A stretch of DNA of 64,000 bases from Psammoneis japonica (lineage: Eukaryota), in the NCBI GenBank assembly GCA_008632985.1, contig QPGO01000234.1, forward strand, positions 1 to 64,000, written 5' to 3'. Position 1 is the first letter of the stretch. Each line of letters starts with the position of its first letter. The position numbers and the translations under genes are program-made. The notes beneath the pieces are model-generated. The model saw only the letters and a list, made by a program, of their open reading frames with translations. It did not search any database and was not told the origin of the DNA. This document shows, one piece after another, positions 60,059 to 64,000 of the stretch.

Positions 60059-61340
60059 GTGGAAGTTGCTCCAGTGGACCAGGCACGTTTTACGAAAATC
60101 ACGTACAGCCTACAGCAACACGACAGTTTAGATTACATTGGCGTCATCCTCATATTTGGGCAGATTATTGCCCTTTTGATATATCTTTTCTCCCAACCGC
60201 TTTTGTCGACATTGTCGGCAGGACAAATAGCCCTTGAAAACGGTTCCGTTGACGAGAAACAACCCCCGGAATTGCGTGTCAAGAACCATACATCGACCAA
60301 GAACAATACACCGACAGAACAAATCTCTGTGGAGAAGTACGGCTACGTTGACGAAAAGAAAGCGATGAGAATGCATTTCAAGAATAGTACATCGAAAGGA
60401 CAAATCACTCTTGAAGACCACGGTTCCGTCTACGAAAAGCAATCCCCGGGATTGTATGCCAAGAACAATACATCGACTGAACAAATCACTCTTAGAAAGC
60501 ACGGTGTCGCTAATGAAAAGAAAGCGATGAGATTACCTGTCAAGAACAATACATCGAAAGGACAACTCACTCTTGAAAACCAGGGTTCCGCTGACGAAAA
60601 GCCAAACCTGGGCGTGTATGTCAAGAACGGCACATCGTACATGACCCCTCATTCATACTTCCGTTCCATACTTTCTAATAAAAGTGGTTCTCCCCTGCCG
60701 CTTCCCATTGTCAACCTTGGTTTCCCAAAGGCGGGGACATCATCCCTTTTCATTTTTTCAAGTGCGGTGGCCTTATTGTTAGTCATCAGTTTTGCAATGA
60801 CTTTGACGAGGCGAAACGAACAAACAAACCTCACGTTTCACGCACTTGTGGAGAATGCATAATGGATGCCGTGAAACGAGGCAACAAACGCCCATTACAA
60901 AACTGCGGCAACTATGACGCATACGTGCAAATTGATGCCTCGTTTCCGCCCAACTGCTTTTGGCCGCAAGTGGAAGCCCTGCAGCAAATCCACAAGGAAA
61001 ATCCAAATGCGACCTTATCTTGAACTTTAGGTCCTCTATACGAGAGTGGTTCATAAGTCTCGTTCGTTGGAATGCTCTGCATAGTCGCATAGGACGGTGC
61101 ATGGTACAGAAGAATTGGCCACATAATACGTCTGCACGCGTGAAATCCATAGAACAACTCGAGTCCTTCTTTCAAAATCAAGTGGAAGCTGTGCGAGACT
61201 TTGTGCTGCGCCATCGTTCGCATGCATTGGTGGAAATTGATGTTGAGAGCCCAGACACTGGCCCATACTTGTCGGATCTGTTTGGAATCAATGCTTCGTG
61301 TTGGGGAAGGGAGAATGCCAATCCGGACAGCGAGGAATGA
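60059..61340 (+). CDS. Membrane-anchored P-loop sulfotransferase-like protein (with apparent frameshifts)
   Basis: TM segment, internal KNNTS..QITLE repeats, IVNLGFPKAGTSSL, and downstream ILNFRSSIREW...VRDFV...HALVEIDVE. Confidence 0.65.
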
Positions 61341-61471
61341 AACAAAGCTATGGAATGCTACAAATTAATCAATACTTGATCGTTTCTAGCGCGAAGCACC
61401 TTTGAGAATACCAAGCTGTTGTCTCAGCATTGTACCATTTCCGATAGAGACACCGGAAGAGGACTTGTGAA

Positions 61472-62776
61472 TTAACGCGGTGACATGGTATCAGTAGGGA
61501 GCACAGATTTCCTGACAGAGCGCGTGTTGCGGATCCTGCGTCGTTCGTTGCGCATCTTTGCGTTACAGGTAAAAGTTTCGCATCCTTCCAAGAGCTCCTT
61601 TCGTATCCAAAACTTGGACTGCAGGCGCTTTGGATTAAGAATCGGCAGGTGGTTTTCATCTCGAAACTGGATAAGTTTGTCGACAATCTCCGTCACACTG
61701 TCAGAAGTGATTATCCACTCGGCAAAGGGACGACCCTGAGAAACATTGGAAAGAACCTGCGGAATCTGTGTTTTGTTCCAATACTCCGTGTCGTAAAAGA
61801 TGGTTGGCTTCTCTTTTCCCTTTGGCGCGTAATGATTTCCGCAAGCAGCCTGAAATATTTCCTGTCTTGTACCAGCCGAACCAGGAGTATAAATTATACC
61901 TGCGTTGGAGATGTCCAAGAGCCCGTCTTCACGAATTGCGTTAGAGAAGAGCTTGCATATCCAAGTGCCAAACATGTTTGTAGGTTCGTGTCCATACTTC
62001 CACGTCGGAATGGCCAGACTAGGCTGATAGTTGGGCTTTCCGTACTTGGCAATCACTGCTGCTGGGCCCTTGCGGTCCTGATATTCGTGCTCGACATTAG
62101 GGTCTTGGTTTTCAACTATTAATTCAATCGCATTGTCCAGTTCCTCCTCGCCCAACAGAAACATGTAGGCACCAAGGTTGCAGGCTTCCATGGCCCCCGG
62201 TCCGCCTCCAGATGCCACCAAAAAGCCGTTTTTCGCCAGTCGGTGAGCCATTATCGCGACCTCACGGTATGCCGAAGTAGTACGTTTGAGCTGGTGGCCT
62301 CCCATGATTGATACCACGGACTTCCCCTCGAGATAATCAAACAGAGCGTCTTGCATAAAGTGATCGTGAATCTGCATTGCCAGCTTTGCATTGAGAGATG
62401 TTTTCTCTAGATAAAACTTGTAAATATTTGCATCTGCCTCCTCCAATTCGTCTTGCGTGTACATGAAGGAGCGAAACGCCTTGAACGGAACGTAATCTGG
62501 TTGCTTGATGACACGAGCACCACGAGCCCGCATTTCGTCATCTGAGATTGGAATGTTGCATCCGTAAAAGACTGCGCCCTTGAAATTAAACTTATCCCAC
62601 ATATCCTTCACTTGCTCATCGTTAAAGTCAATATCAGTAAACGTCCAGCCATCAAAATTGATATCCGATGGACTGCCTTCGAACTGGCGAATCTCAAGCA
62701 GAAACTCCTCCAGTGTTTCAATTTCTCCCTCCCCGTTGGATCCCTGGAAAGGCACATTTAAAAACGAATCATTCAT
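61472..62776 (-). CDS. LOG-family (Rossmann-fold nucleotide-binding) protein, long type
   Basis: Motifs SIMGGH, SGGGPGAMEACNLGA, FSNAIREDGLL, PGSAGTRQEIFQ. Intronless. Confidence 0.85.
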   Translation of the reverse strand: MNDSFLNVPFQGSNGEGEIETLEEFLLEIRQFEGSPSDINFDGWTFTDIDFNDEQVKDMWDKFNFKGAVFYGCNIPISDDEMRARGARVIKQPDYVPFKAFRSFMYTQDELEEADANIYKFYLEKTSLNAKLAMQIHDHFMQDALFDYLEGKSVVSIMGGHQLKRTTSAYREVAIMAHRLAKNGFLVASGGGPGAMEACNLGAYMFLLGEEELDNAIELIVENQDPNVEHEYQDRKGPAAVIAKYGKPNYQPSLAIPTWKYGHEPTNMFGTWICKLFSNAIREDGLLDISNAGIIYTPGSAGTRQEIFQAACGNHYAPKGKEKPTIFYDTEYWNKTQIPQVLSNVSQGRPFAEWIITSDSVTEIVDKLIQFRDENHLPILNPKRLQSKFWIRKELLEGCETFTCNAKMRNERRRIRNTRSVRKSVLPTDTMSPR

Positions 62777-63149
62777 TTTGGTATAGAGGCGACGCTGCGA
62801 CCAATAATGTATGCATCAAGGACTCTTTCATAAGCTGGAGAGACGTTTATCTTGCTGTGTTGTTGTCATGTTGTGATAGTGTGTATGAAACGATTTTGGT
62901 GTTGCTGATGCGTTGCCGCGTTTTCAGTCGTGCCTATTGTTGGATGGAGTTCTCATCCGCCATTCAGCATTTCTTCAACATTCAGGTATGAATAATTGGA
63001 ATGAAAAGTGCTCACAAAATTTTCAACATCTCGCATCTCGCATCCCTCTCTTGGAAGTAACCTTACCTGGTAATATTTTCAACATCCCTTATTCTCAAAC
63101 CTGCGTTCTCGCTTCAAAGCTTTTAGTAATCCTCTCTAGAGTAGAAAGA

Positions 63150-63174
63150 AAGAGAGAGAGAGAGAGAGAGAGAG
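63150..63174. repeat. (AG)n microsatellite
   Basis: About 12 AG units. Confidence 0.9.
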
Positions 63175-63568
63175 TCTATCACAGCATCTCATGTGGTTGT
63201 CAAACTTTGTAATCCCGAAACCAAACCGCCCGGAAGGTGAAATCGCTCGTCAAAACGCGCAGCGTAGGAATGTCGCGCTCAACTACCGTATGGCAGGGTT
63301 TGCTGGCAGAGTAAGAGGTGACCTGCCATGAGGTGTGGAAAAAAAGGCAGCCACTCTCTGGAGAATGCATCTAGAGAGAAATATGGTAGTGGTTCTATGT
63401 AATGGTTGTTACTGAAATAGCGAAATAGGCAGCCATACCATAATATGTACAGGGATTTTACGCAGGAGAGATGTAGCACTTTTTCTTTGGGCATTTTCTT
63501 TTCTTTCACATGTATCGGCGGTCTGTTTGAAGGTATGAACATAGTCGTTTCTGACCCCAAACTAGCCC

Positions 63569-63907
63569 TCACTCCATGTCCCCATCTTCAAGCTCATGCA
63601 TAGCTTGCTCGACTTCTGGCTTGAATTCGTGGTGGAAAAGATGGTGATTCTCTTCCTGCTGTTCGGGTTTCTTTACCTTGCCACGAACGAATGCGGTCTT
63701 TTTTCCCTTGGCGCTAACGTTTGCTGCTTCTTTCTCGTGCTTTTCGCGCTCGTGGAACAATGTGTCGACTTCGTCGTGAACAACCTTCTCGACAGCGTGC
63801 TCTACTTCCTCGACGGCATGGAGTACTTTCTTCTCTGCGTTTTCCACGGCATTAAATAGCCTGTTCTCAGCCACTTCATAGTCGTCAGGCTCGTTCTTCT
63901 TGCTCAC
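63569..63907 (-). CDS. Hypothetical Glu/Lys/His-rich protein (5' end unresolved)
   Basis: Charged ORF with HAVEEVEHAVEK repeats; the start probably lies further upstream. Confidence 0.55.
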   Translation of the reverse strand: MSKKNEPDDYEVAENRLFNAVENAEKKVLHAVEEVEHAVEKVVHDEVDTLFHEREKHEKEAANVSAKGKKTAFVRGKVKKPEQQEENHHLFHHEFKPEVEQAMHELEDGDME

Positions 63908-64000
63908 GTTCTTTACCTTTTTGATATCATCCGATTCAGCGGCGTGCTCGTGTCTGTCTCGACAAGCGCAAAAAGTTCCACAAAATTGTGAGCGTGAGGT

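Overview
Eukaryotic nuclear DNA, most likely from a diatom: it has an ASAFAP-type light-harvesting gene, several signal-peptide+Phe plastid presequences, short GT-AG introns and diatom-type retroelement relics. Three blocks of ordinary genes (about 5.5-26.3 kb, 36-39.9 kb and 53.9-64 kb) alternate with three repeat/pseudogene domains (about 0.17-5.2 kb, 26.7-35.6 kb and 40.3-53.7 kb). The domains hold LTR, LINE and DIRS-like relics, nested MITEs and duplicated genes. The main finding is that these domains have lost almost all TpA dinucleotides by conversion to TpG or CpA, i.e. strand-symmetric A->G in TpA context. Paired copies inside the window show this directly: two MITE copies, two LTRs, two TIRs, a 42-bp tandem array and gene triplicates. 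Conserved Tyr codons became Cys/His, a TAG stop became CAG, and young insertions are spared. This looks like a repeat- or heterochromatin-targeted hypermutation process opposite in direction to fungal RIP. I know of no description of it but cannot check the literature, and the enzyme responsible is not evident in the window. Several ordinary genes carry single-base frameshifts that look like assembly errors. All alignments and counts were done by eye.
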